Part shown: positions 51,384 to 60,691 of the stretch, in pieces
Layout: each line of letters starts with the position of its first letter
Position numbering within the stretch: position 1 is the stretch's first letter
Source: an uncultured delta proteobacterium
GTDB taxonomy: Bacteria > Desulfobacterota > RBG-13-43-22
Direction: 5' to 3'
Assembly (NCBI GenBank): GCA_963743305.1
Contig: CAVUPH010000032.1
Coordinates: forward strand, 1 to 64,000
DNA: 64,000 nucleotides
Translations under genes and position numbers: made by a program
The notes under the pieces: generated by a model
The model's input: only the letters and a program-made list of their open reading frames with translations
Databases searched by the model: none
What the model was told of the DNA's origin: nothing

Positions 51384-52674
51384 GATTACCGGAATTACCT
51401 TGCTGCTTTTGTTGTTGGTCTTGTTTGCCACCGGCATCGAATTGGGTTTCGCTATGGCCGTCATCGGCTTTGTGGGCTTTGCCTACTTGAAAGGTTTTCA
51501 GGTGGCCACCAACCTGATCGGCCGGGACTTGTTTGATGTCATCACCAACTACGGCTACACGGTTTTTCCCCTCTTCATTTTCATGGGGCAAATCGGCTAT
51601 CATTCCGGCATAGCCAAAAACCTTTACGATGCGGCGCATAAGTTCATCGGTCATATCCCCGGCGGTCTGGCCATAGCCACCATTCTGGGCGGCAGTGCCT
51701 TTAAGTCCATTTGCGGATCGGCTACGGCCACTACGGCCACCTTCGCCAGTGTGGCCATGCCGGAAATGGATCGGTACGGATATGACCAAAGGCTTTCGAC
51801 AGGAACCATTGCCACGGTGGGAACGCTGGGCTGCCTGATCCCCCCCAGCGTCGTTTTGATACTTTACGGCATCATAACCGAACAGTCCATCGGCAAACTT
51901 TTTCTGGCCGGGATTATCCCCGCGCTGATCATCGCCCTCTTTTTCATCGGAATCATTTATGGTTGGGCGCGAATCAATCCTCAGGTGGCACCGGTTTCGG
52001 AACGCTCGACCTGGAAAGTCCGGGGGCGAGCGTTACCCCCGGTGCTCTGGGTGTTGTTGATCTTCCTGGTCATGATCGGGGGAATCATGCTGGGTTATTT
52101 CACTCCCACGGAGGCAGGTTCCGTAGGGGCCTTTGCGGTCCTTTTGCTGGCCTTTCTCCGGGGGAACATGAGTTTCAAGAAGTATGCGGCCTCGCTCTCG
52201 GAATCGATTCGGACGGCCGGTATGTTTCTCATGCTGATCGCCGGCTCTCTGATACTCGGCCATTTTATCGCGGTAACCAATATGCCCCAGAATATTGCCG
52301 ATTACCTGGCTGCGCTAAACGTAAACCGTTACGTGATTTTGCTGCTGATCTGCCTCGTCTATGAGCTCGGTGGTACTTTTATCGAAGACCTGGCCTTCAT
52401 GATTTTGGCTACACCGATATTTTTCCCGACCGTTCTCAAGCTGGGTTTTGACCCCATCTGGTTCGGGATCCTCATCAGTGTAGTCGTCATGGTGGGTATG
52501 ATTATCCCCCCGGTGGCCATCGCTGTCTTTGTGGTTAAAAACATTACCAAAGTACCCACGATAACGATTTACAAAGGTTCGGCCCCGTTTTTGATCGGTC
52601 TGATCTTTTTCTTGGGCCTCTTGTTCTTCTTCCCGCAGCTCGCTCTCTGGCTGCCCTCGATGTTTATCCATTAA
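51376..52674 (+). CDS. TRAP large permease (DctM)
   Basis: PLFIFMG, PGGLA, GTLGCLIPPS, FTPTEA, DPIWFG. Confidence 0.93.
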   Translation: MNEITGITLLLLLLVLFATGIELGFAMAVIGFVGFAYLKGFQVATNLIGRDLFDVITNYGYTVFPLFIFMGQIGYHSGIAKNLYDAAHKFIGHIPGGLAIATILGGSAFKSICGSATATTATFASVAMPEMDRYGYDQRLSTGTIATVGTLGCLIPPSVVLILYGIITEQSIGKLFLAGIIPALIIALFFIGIIYGWARINPQVAPVSERSTWKVRGRALPPVLWVLLIFLVMIGGIMLGYFTPTEAGSVGAFAVLLLAFLRGNMSFKKYAASLSESIRTAGMFLMLIAGSLILGHFIAVTNMPQNIADYLAALNVNRYVILLLICLVYELGGTFIEDLAFMILATPIFFPTVLKLGFDPIWFGILISVVVMVGMIIPPVAIAVFVVKNITKVPTITIYKGSAPFLIGLIFFLGLLFFFPQLALWLPSMFIH

Positions 52675-52707
52675 ACCGGTCCTTGACGGACCTTATTAAA
52701 AGGAGGA

Positions 52708-53769
52708 ATGGTCATGATCAGAAAGCTTTTAGTGGTTGCGGGTGCCGTATCGTTATTGTTTGCAACGCTGGCGCAGGCCGAGGTGATCGAACTATCCTTA
52801 GCGAATTATATGCCGGTCATGCATATCAATTCCGCACTGATGGGTAAATTTTGCGACGAGGTGAATAAAAAGCTGGCCGGAAAGGTGAAGGTAACCCAAC
52901 ACACGGGCGGCACGCTGCTCACCGCGCCGAAAATGGCTGCCGGTGTCGCCTCGGGTATCGCCGATATCGGTCTGGCCCATTGTTCCTATTCCCGGGGCCG
53001 CTTCCCTGTCATGGAACTCACCGAATTGCCCTTGGGGGCGCCGAGCAGCTTTGTGCTCACTCATGTCATCAATGACTTTTATAACAAATTCAAACCGAAA
53101 GAATGGGAGGCTTATCACCCGCTCATGTTCAGCGCGAGTCCCCCATCCGTCATCCAAACAGTAAACAAGCCGATCAAGACGCTCGAAGACCTTAAGGGGG
53201 TGAAGATCAGGGGCACCGGCCGGAGCGGCGACGTCGTCAAGGCCCTGGGAGCCACCGTAGTGCCGGTAGAGATGATGGACATGTACGAATCGCTCCGGAG
53301 AGGTGTAATGGAAGGCAACATGGGTCCCTTTGAACAGCTCAAGAGTTTTAAGACCGGTGACGTGCTAAGGTATCATACCACCTCCTATATGGCCGGAAGC
53401 GGTTACACCTTCTACGTGATCTTCAACAAGGCGAAATGGGATAGCCTTCCCGAGGAAGCCAAAAAAGTATTTACCGAATTATCCAGTCATTATATCGACC
53501 TGTGGGCAGTGGAGTGGAACAAGACCGATATTGCCGGTAAGGAGTTTTTTTTGCAAAAAGGTGGCCAGATCATCCCAATCTCTGACCACGAAATGGCCAG
53601 ATGGTCCAAAGCGGTAGAGGTGGTTATCTCTGATTACAAGAAAGACATGATCGCCAAAGGGTTTAAGGCCAGTGAAGTTGATAGTTGGATAAGCTTCATC
53701 AAGGAACGAATTGACTACTGGAAAAAACAGGAAAAAGATAAAAAAATCCCCACGGCGTATGTCTATTAA
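52708..53769 (+). CDS. TRAP substrate-binding protein (DctP)
   Basis: Signal peptide, GIADIG, GRFP, DLKGVKIR, NKAKWDSLP. Confidence 0.92.
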   Translation: MVMIRKLLVVAGAVSLLFATLAQAEVIELSLANYMPVMHINSALMGKFCDEVNKKLAGKVKVTQHTGGTLLTAPKMAAGVASGIADIGLAHCSYSRGRFPVMELTELPLGAPSSFVLTHVINDFYNKFKPKEWEAYHPLMFSASPPSVIQTVNKPIKTLEDLKGVKIRGTGRSGDVVKALGATVVPVEMMDMYESLRRGVMEGNMGPFEQLKSFKTGDVLRYHTTSYMAGSGYTFYVIFNKAKWDSLPEEAKKVFTELSSHYIDLWAVEWNKTDIAGKEFFLQKGGQIIPISDHEMARWSKAVEVVISDYKKDMIAKGFKASEVDSWISFIKERIDYWKKQEKDKKIPTAYVY

Positions 53770-53793
53770 TTCACGAGAAGACCTATACAGATT

Positions 53794-53826
53794 CAGACTG
53801 GCAGGTGGATACCGCCTGCCAGTCTG
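53794..53826 (+). other. Strong intercistronic hairpin without U-tract
   Basis: CAGACTGGCAGGTGG-ATA-CCGCCTGCCAGTCTG after dctP. Confidence 0.6.
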
Positions 53827-53865
53827 GCAAAATTCAAGTAATAATCCAGAACGAAGGAGGTCCAC

Positions 53866-55179
53866 ATGGTGAAAATGTGGAGACCAGAGTTAGAGACCTT
53901 ACCCAGGGAAGAATTTGAGAAAAGACAACTGCGGCTCTTTAGAAAACAGATGAAGTATGTTATTGACCAAAGTCCGTTTTACCGGAGAAAATATCAAGAA
54001 GCAGGGGTGAAACCCGGTGATATTAAATGCCTGGAGGATGTTAGAAAAGTGCCTTTTACGACCAAACAGGAATTACTGAAATCGCAGGAAGATCATCCGA
54101 TCTTCGGAGATTTCCCCTGTATACCTGCGGAGGCGGCCACCAGGGTTTTTCAGACTTCGGGGACAACCGGGACCCCTTTAAAAGTCCCCTATAGCAAGAA
54201 AGACTGGTTCCGGATCTGTTACGAGCAGTTCAGCTATTTCCTTTATGGATACGGTATCGAGAGCCGGGACGTCGTTTTTTTTCCTTTTATGTATGGGCTG
54301 TTCATCGCCTGGTGGGGAATCCAGGCGGCCATGGAGCAGCATCAGGTTACCATCGTGCCGGGGGGTGGACAGACTTCAGAAACACGGTTGCGGAGCATCA
54401 TTGACTGGAACGCTACCGTGGTCTGCGGGACTCCGACCTACATACTCTTTCTCGGCGAACTGGCCAAGAAGATCGGGATCGATCTACCAAATTCCAAGGT
54501 GCGGATGGTCATTACCGCAGGCGAACCGGGAGCGCAGGTTCCGGCCACCAAGAAGCTGGTTGAGCAACTCTGGGGGGCCAAAAATTATGACGACATTGGC
54601 AGTACCGAGATTACGAACTTTGGCTATGAATGTGTCCGGCAACAAGGGACCCATTTAAATGAGATTATGTTCCTGCCCGAATCTTTGGACCTGAAAACAG
54701 GAAGCCCGGCAACGGCCGGTGAAGTAGGCGAATTGGTGTTATCCAATCTCTATTGTGAGAGTGCTCCGCTGTTGCGTTATAAAACCGGGGACCTGGTCCG
54801 ATTCAATTATGACCCCTGCGATTGCGGGAGAACGTTTCTACGGATGGATGGAGGTGTTATCGGCAGGGCTGATGACATGTTTCATTTCGGGGGGGTTAAC
54901 ATTTTTCCATCGGCGATTGAAAATTTCATTAGAAGGGTACCGGAATTTTCCAATGAATACCAATTGGTAGTCCCGCCCCCCGGATCGGGGAAAAGACTGC
55001 GCATTCGGGTCGAACCGGCCTCTGAAGGTCTACCGGAGGATCGGCTACAAACAGCGATAAAGGGATTCATAAACGAGGTTGTGTACAACATAAAGATCAC
55101 TCCTGAGGTTGAACTGGCCAAGCCGAATAGCTTGGTAAGATTCGAGGGAAAGGCCAGAAGGCTGATCAGGGAGAATTAG
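53866..55179 (+). CDS. Phenylacetate-CoA ligase family (PaaK-like) aryl-CoA ligase
   Basis: PFTTKQEL, TSGTTG, GTPTY, AGEPG, PLLRYKTGD, CDCGRT, GRADDM. Confidence 0.92.
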   Translation: MVKMWRPELETLPREEFEKRQLRLFRKQMKYVIDQSPFYRRKYQEAGVKPGDIKCLEDVRKVPFTTKQELLKSQEDHPIFGDFPCIPAEAATRVFQTSGTTGTPLKVPYSKKDWFRICYEQFSYFLYGYGIESRDVVFFPFMYGLFIAWWGIQAAMEQHQVTIVPGGGQTSETRLRSIIDWNATVVCGTPTYILFLGELAKKIGIDLPNSKVRMVITAGEPGAQVPATKKLVEQLWGAKNYDDIGSTEITNFGYECVRQQGTHLNEIMFLPESLDLKTGSPATAGEVGELVLSNLYCESAPLLRYKTGDLVRFNYDPCDCGRTFLRMDGGVIGRADDMFHFGGVNIFPSAIENFIRRVPEFSNEYQLVVPPPGSGKRLRIRVEPASEGLPEDRLQTAIKGFINEVVYNIKITPEVELAKPNSLVRFEGKARRLIREN

Positions 55180-55253
55180 GGTCAGCGCCAACGTAGCTTG
55201 GCCCGGTATTCTTCTCTGATAAGAAAACAGTAAATTAAATCAAGGGGGTATTG

Positions 55254-55742
55254 ATGGGACCGATTAATAAAATAATGGCGGCTGTCGATTTTTCCGATTA
55301 TTCCAAGGCTACCCTTAAGTACGCGGCCCTTTTAGCCAGTTCCGTGAACGCCACGCTGCTGGTAGCCAACATCATCAACCATCGGGACGTGGAAGCCATC
55401 CGCGCGGTGGAAGATGAGGGATTAGGGCTTTCGGTGGAAAAATTTATCGCCAGGCAGAAGCAGGACCGAGAAACCGAGATCGATCAATTATTGACAGAGA
55501 GCAGTTGTCAGAATCTGAATGTTGTCCGGATCTTCCGCGTCGGGGTTCCCTGGGTGGAACTGCTGGAGATCGTCAAGGATCAGGGAGTGGATTTAGTGGT
55601 CATGGGGACCAAGGGTCGAACCAATATTGTCAATACCCTGTTTGGGTCCACGGCGGAAAAGGTCTTTCGCCGTTGCCCGGTGCCCATCCTCTCTGTCAGG
55701 GGGAAGGAGCATGAAACGATCGCCTGTTCCCGCACGTTTTAG
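55254..55742 (+). CDS. Universal stress protein
   Basis: IMAAVDFS, DLVVMGTKGR, FGSTAEKV. Confidence 0.92.
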   Translation: MGPINKIMAAVDFSDYSKATLKYAALLASSVNATLLVANIINHRDVEAIRAVEDEGLGLSVEKFIARQKQDRETEIDQLLTESSCQNLNVVRIFRVGVPWVELLEIVKDQGVDLVVMGTKGRTNIVNTLFGSTAEKVFRRCPVPILSVRGKEHETIACSRTF

Positions 55743-55843
55743 TGCGAAAATAGCTTTTACCTACGCGGACCATCGAACGGGTTCTCAGTCGCTAAGGCTT
55801 GACGGATAATTCTGTCCAAGGGATTTTGACGGGTATCACCTGA

Positions 55844-56350
55844 TCATTCCACTCCTTGCAATATTTTCAATTCTTCCTCGCCGACCACTTCCAGCAACAC
55901 CTCTCCCACCGCCTGGGCGCACTCCCCCACGAAACGGGTACACTCGTCCCGTCGGCCGTCCACCCGGCGGGCTTTCACATCTTCCGGGTCATACCAGTTA
56001 CAGTTCGATATGGTCCGGCAACGGGTATCGCCGTATTTTTTTTCCGCCGAGGTCTTCAACCGGTCATACACTTTCCTGACCGTGGACGCCAGCCGGGCAT
56101 CCTCCATTTCATCCAGGCCGGCCCGTCCAAAAAGACAGCCGACGACTTGGGCAGCCCCGGCAATGGCTCCGCAGAGGTCTCCCCGATAGCAGCCGCCGGT
56201 CAATCCGGCCATGGCCCGGATAGCCGCATCCTTTTCCTCTTCGCCGATCATTTCCAGACCCACGGTCAGGATGGCCTGGGCTCAATAAATGTCCCGGGCA
56301 AACAGATCCATGGCTTTTTCTCGCATAGCTTCCGGCGTTACCATACCCAT
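55844..56350 (-). CDS. C-GCAxxG-C-C family selenoprotein (in-frame UGA at 56282-56284)
   Basis: GGAGGT RBS; MGMVTPEAMREKAMDLFARDIY-UGA-AQAILTVG...LCGAIAG...C...C; hairpin downstream of the UGA. Confidence 0.82.
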
Positions 56351-56365
56351 TGATCTACCTCCGAA

Positions 56366-56400
56366 AAAAGGCGCCGGAAGCATACTCCCGGCGCCCTGTT
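56366..56400 (-). terminator. Intrinsic terminator
   Basis: GGCGCCGGGAG-TATG-CTTCCGGCGCC-TTTTTT on the minus strand after the basic protein gene. Confidence 0.75.
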
Positions 56401-56424
56401 TTATAATGAATCCGTTTCTTTCGC

Positions 56425-57102
56425 TTATTGGAGAACTTTCAGTATCCATTCTTCCATTTCATCCATTTCCCGCCCGAATAGTTGCCGTAAATTTTGAAAA
56501 ATGCGCTCGTAGCCGGCGACCTGTCTCTCCAATTCTCCCACCTGTTGAGTCAACTGTTGAACATACAAAAAGGAACTCCGGCCCATAGCCAACAAGTCGT
56601 CCTTTTTGCCTGGTGGGATCGTACGTTGGGCCGCCGCCTTTTTAACGGTCTTTTTCAAGCTCTTTTTTTCAACCGGCCCCGGTTTTCGTCCCGGCGCCTT
56701 TCCGGCCGCCTTTTTTTCAACCGCGGTCTTCTTCTTGGATCTCGGTTTCTTAACTTTTCCCGCCAGGGCCGGGGTTTCGGGTTGGGCCGCCAGGTCGCTT
56801 TCCGTGATCTGCACCTTGCCGAAATCCCGAGTTAAACATTTATCCAAAACGGGCAGCGTAATCTCTTTAACGATGGGCAGGACCGCACCGACAAAGGTCT
56901 TCCCTTTTTTGCCTTCAATGTAGCCATTTCCCAAAAGATTGGCCAGCAGGGTGGAATTATACCGTTTCAAGGTGGGCGGCAAATAAGCCCCTTTCAACTT
57001 TTTTTCCATAAAAAGCGCCAGCGCTTTAGTATCAATTTCGGTTTTCCCCTTCAGGTAATCCAACCAGAACTTCAAGTACTGCCGGCGATAATTTTTTTTC
57101 AT
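56425..57102 (-). CDS. Hypothetical basic protein with Lys/Ala/Pro-rich linker and C-terminal coiled coil
   Basis: KVKKPRSKKKTAVEKKAAGKAPGRKPGPVEKKSLKKTVKKAAA; GGAGG upstream of ATG 57102. Confidence 0.7.
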   Translation of the reverse strand: MKKNYRRQYLKFWLDYLKGKTEIDTKALALFMEKKLKGAYLPPTLKRYNSTLLANLLGNGYIEGKKGKTFVGAVLPIVKEITLPVLDKCLTRDFGKVQITESDLAAQPETPALAGKVKKPRSKKKTAVEKKAAGKAPGRKPGPVEKKSLKKTVKKAAAQRTIPPGKKDDLLAMGRSSFLYVQQLTQQVGELERQVAGYERIFQNLRQLFGREMDEMEEWILKVLQ

Positions 57103-57233
57103 CCCGCCATCCTCCCCATTAAAGGTGTGTTCCAATTCGCCCGGGTCTCTTCCGACTGAAGCCGAGAAAACCAGGAGGTTTCATTTTTTCAACAGGTTAT
57201 GTGAGCAGGAAAAAAAAGTCAAAGGTTTTTTCT

Positions 57234-58391
57234 TCAAACGCTTTGATCCACCAGTTCATTCAGAAAGGAGTCCACCCCCTGTGGATGGGTGGTCCGCACC
57301 TCCTCCACGGCCCGTTCAATTTTGTTACGCAGCACCAGGTCCTTCATGTCTTTCACCGAGCGGTAGGCGCCTCCCCGCCGTCCGAAGCGGTAAATCAATT
57401 TGTCTTCCGGCGAAAGAAAACGGTAGGCGTCTATAGCCGCCAACATCTTACCCTTGTCCTGAGGGAGCGTGCCGGAAACATCCTCCAACAGATTCATGAT
57501 ATGATCGGAAGTGACGGTACTCGAAATTCCTTCCAAGTGGTCGATCAGCAGACGAAGTTCTTCAGCCGCTTCGTCGTCGGTCAAGGGAACGAAGGAGCCC
57601 TCGGCCACGCGGGCGTAAAGGGGTACTCGGGGCGGGACCCGCAGCGAACGGACCCGGATAAAATCCGGGTCGATGGCATTCAACACCCGAGCCGTCTCCA
57701 AAGCGTGGTTCCGCCACAGTTCTTTTCCCCCCAACCCCGGCATGATATATTCGGATAAGGAGATCCCGGCCGCTTTGACCTTTTGTCCCGCCTCGATATG
57801 CTCGGCGGCGGTGACCCCTTTCTTCATCAGGGCCAAAACGGCGTCGGAACCGCTTTCCAGCCCGATGTGGACCCGATCCAGCCCTGCCAGACGCAGGGTC
57901 TTCAGGTCCTCCAACGATTTCCGGTTTAATGTCTTGGACCGGGCATAGGTGGTAATACGGTTGACCGGTGAAAGCTCCTGCCGTAGAAATTCCAGGATTT
58001 CTCTCAATTCTTTCGTGCCCAGAACCAGATTGTTGGCATCTTGGAGAAAAACATTATACTCCTGATAATACAGCCAGGCGGCCACGTTGCGATAGGCGTG
58101 GCTGTAGTCGGGTTGCTGAAAGACGTGCCCGATTACCTGATCATCCACTTCCCCGCCGGCCCCCAGCCGCCAGGAAAGGGAAACCAAATCCTCTTTGATT
58201 CTTTTGATGGTCCTGATATCTTCCTTGACCTCCTCTACCCCGCGCCGGGAGAATTCCTTTCCTTTGTATACCGGACAAAACAGGCACTGATTCCAGGAAC
58301 AGTTGCGAGTAACCCGAATTAAGAGGCTTTTGGCCTCATTGGGCGGACGAATAGGCCCTTGTTCAAAATCCAATTGGTTTGATTCTGCCAT
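57234..58391 (-). CDS. Radical SAM protein (IRPPxEA-type, YgiQ-like)
   Basis: IRPPNEA, CSWNQCLFC, FLQDAN, GLESG, SDHIMN. Confidence 0.9.
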   Translation of the reverse strand: MAESNQLDFEQGPIRPPNEAKSLLIRVTRNCSWNQCLFCPVYKGKEFSRRGVEEVKEDIRTIKRIKEDLVSLSWRLGAGGEVDDQVIGHVFQQPDYSHAYRNVAAWLYYQEYNVFLQDANNLVLGTKELREILEFLRQELSPVNRITTYARSKTLNRKSLEDLKTLRLAGLDRVHIGLESGSDAVLALMKKGVTAAEHIEAGQKVKAAGISLSEYIMPGLGGKELWRNHALETARVLNAIDPDFIRVRSLRVPPRVPLYARVAEGSFVPLTDDEAAEELRLLIDHLEGISSTVTSDHIMNLLEDVSGTLPQDKGKMLAAIDAYRFLSPEDKLIYRFGRRGGAYRSVKDMKDLVLRNKIERAVEEVRTTHPQGVDSFLNELVDQSV

Positions 58392-58594
58392 GACGGCTCC
58401 TTTTTTTTACGCTTTGCCCTTTGGGTGAGTCTCCCCCATCGCCGGCCTGGCCGCCCCGGGTCTCTGGAAAAGGGATTTCCGAAGACCCTCACGACCCCGA
58501 ATCAGGCCGTAGACATCCGCCCAAAAGTATGAAAAACTGTATAGATATACTAATCACTTATTCCCATTTTGACAACCGTGTTATACTATCTCGC

Positions 58595-60691
58595 ATGCCA
58601 CGCCGCTCGCTTCTCTTTTTGATTACGCTCTCGGCGCTCTTCCTCACTTTTCTGGCGGTTCAATACCGGGAGAGCCGGCTTCCCTGGAAGAAAATCCAGG
58701 GTCTATCCCGGAAGTCCCCTCAAGTCCGGGAGCTCTATCTACCCCACTGGAAAATTCGGGAACGGTGTCTGACCTGTCATTTAGGTATTGAAGAGATTTC
58801 CTCCTCTCATCCCATCTCCACCTTCGGTTGCACCATCTGCCACGGGGGGAACGGCCTGGCTCTGGAAAAGGATCTCGCCCATCAAAATCTTCGGGGAGGA
58901 TCCAATCCCGCGGATTTTCGAGTGGTCCACTTAACCTGTGGTCGCCGGGCCCCGGATGGAACCCGCTGCCATGCCGGGCATCCGGAAAAGGAAAAAAACC
59001 CGGCCTTTAACGCCCCCAGGACCCTGATGGCCACCATGGCCGGGGTTATCGCCGGGCTCCGATACACCTGGGGGGCTCAGGAACGGCCCGAGGCCCGGTA
59101 TGGTTCCCTGGGCGTCGCAGGAGAAGACAAGAGCCTGGAAACCATCCCCGTCTTTGACCGTTTTTCTTTTCGCCTGGATCCGCGGGGGAAACCCTGGTCC
59201 CTGGATGACCGGGGACGCCCCATCAAAACCTCCGGCCAACTGGCCGACGATCACTGGCGAAAATTCTGCAGCCACTGCCATCTTTACAGTCAACGGGATT
59301 CAGGGCCCAGCGCCCACGGAGGCGGATGTGTTTCCTGTCACGTGGCCCGCAACACCCACGGCACTTACGAAGGCCAGGATCGGACCTTGTCCCGGAATAA
59401 ACCCGGATACGGGCGGGTCCATCGCTTCCAGACCGCCATCCCCTCTTCCCAGTGTCTGCGGTGCCACAACCGGAGCGGGCGCATCGGAATGACCTATTCC
59501 GGCCTGATGGAATCCGATCAATACGGGACCCCCTACCAAGCCGGAAATTTGAATGCCGCGCGGCTGAGCGGAGATCGGTTCGTCCTGCACCTGACCCCGG
59601 ATATTCACTTTGAGAAAGGAATGCACTGCCTCGATTGCCATCTGGCCCGGGAGATTATGGGGGAGGGGAAAATCTATTTCCGGATGAACCAGCAGGTGGA
59701 GGTCCGCTGTCAGGACTGTCACGGCACCGAAAAAGCCCCCCCGCGAACCTACACCCTCCGTTCCCCAACGGACCCGCTGATCTGGGCCGCGGCCTATACC
59801 CGGATTCCTCCTTTGAAACCGGGAGATCGCCTCTTGGTTTCATCCCGGGGCCAACCATTCTCCAATATACGGCAGGAAAAGGGGGAATGGGTGCTGTACG
59901 GCAAGGTGGATGGCCGGCGGCATCCCCTCAAAATCATTACCGCCCGCCCGGGGGTCCACACCTTCCCCGGCCACAGTTCCTCCCGCTTCGAGTGCTTTGG
60001 TTGTCATTCCCGCTGGGCGCCTCAATGCTACGGCTGCCACGACTATCGCCGGGCCAACGAAAAACAGACCGATGTCATGCAGCGAACGCCCACGCCGGGA
60101 TTATGGCAGGAAACTCGCGATTATTATCGTTTTGAAGATCCGCCCTTGGGGATCAACCAGCGGTCCAAGGTTTCCCCTTTCATGCCCGGCTGCCAGGTCC
60201 TGTTGACCCAATTGGGGTCGGATAACCGGCCGTTACCCGGCTGGGAAAGGCGGATCTACCGCCGGGAGGGTTTTTCCGGTATTGTTTCCGGCCCCATCAA
60301 TCCCCACTCCACCCGGAAGGAGGTCCGTTCCTGCCCGGAATGCCACCAGAACCCCAAGGCTTTAGGGTTGGGGAACGGCCTCTTCAGCCCGGGGCCCCGA
60401 TTCCGGGATAACCGGCATCAGCCTCTTTTGGGGGGAGAAAAGGGCTTTCCCTATTCCTGGGAGTCCCTAATTACCCCGAACGGCCGCCCGCTGCAATCCA
60501 CCTCCCGGCCGGGCGCTCGTCCTTTTCTTCCGGAAGAGCTAGAAAAGATTCTTCGGGTGAGCCCCTGCTTGCCCTGCCATGATTCCTATGGGGATCCCAT
60601 TTACCAAGACCTGGAAAAAAGTTATCGGCTCGACCGGGAGGAAAAGCATCGGGCGGTGGTCCGCCAATACCAACAGTACTTGCCGAAATGA
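58595..60691 (+). CDS. Membrane-anchored multiheme cytochrome c (11 CxxCH plus one CX9CH)
   Basis: CLTCH, CTICH, CSHCH, CVSCH, CLRCH, CLDCH, CQDCH, CFGCH, CYGCH, CPECH, CLPCH; N-terminal hydrophobic helix from ATG 58595. Confidence 0.92.
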   Translation: MPRRSLLFLITLSALFLTFLAVQYRESRLPWKKIQGLSRKSPQVRELYLPHWKIRERCLTCHLGIEEISSSHPISTFGCTICHGGNGLALEKDLAHQNLRGGSNPADFRVVHLTCGRRAPDGTRCHAGHPEKEKNPAFNAPRTLMATMAGVIAGLRYTWGAQERPEARYGSLGVAGEDKSLETIPVFDRFSFRLDPRGKPWSLDDRGRPIKTSGQLADDHWRKFCSHCHLYSQRDSGPSAHGGGCVSCHVARNTHGTYEGQDRTLSRNKPGYGRVHRFQTAIPSSQCLRCHNRSGRIGMTYSGLMESDQYGTPYQAGNLNAARLSGDRFVLHLTPDIHFEKGMHCLDCHLAREIMGEGKIYFRMNQQVEVRCQDCHGTEKAPPRTYTLRSPTDPLIWAAAYTRIPPLKPGDRLLVSSRGQPFSNIRQEKGEWVLYGKVDGRRHPLKIITARPGVHTFPGHSSSRFECFGCHSRWAPQCYGCHDYRRANEKQTDVMQRTPTPGLWQETRDYYRFEDPPLGINQRSKVSPFMPGCQVLLTQLGSDNRPLPGWERRIYRREGFSGIVSGPINPHSTRKEVRSCPECHQNPKALGLGNGLFSPGPRFRDNRHQPLLGGEKGFPYSWESLITPNGRPLQSTSRPGARPFLPEELEKILRVSPCLPCHDSYGDPIYQDLEKSYRLDREEKHRAVVRQYQQYLPK

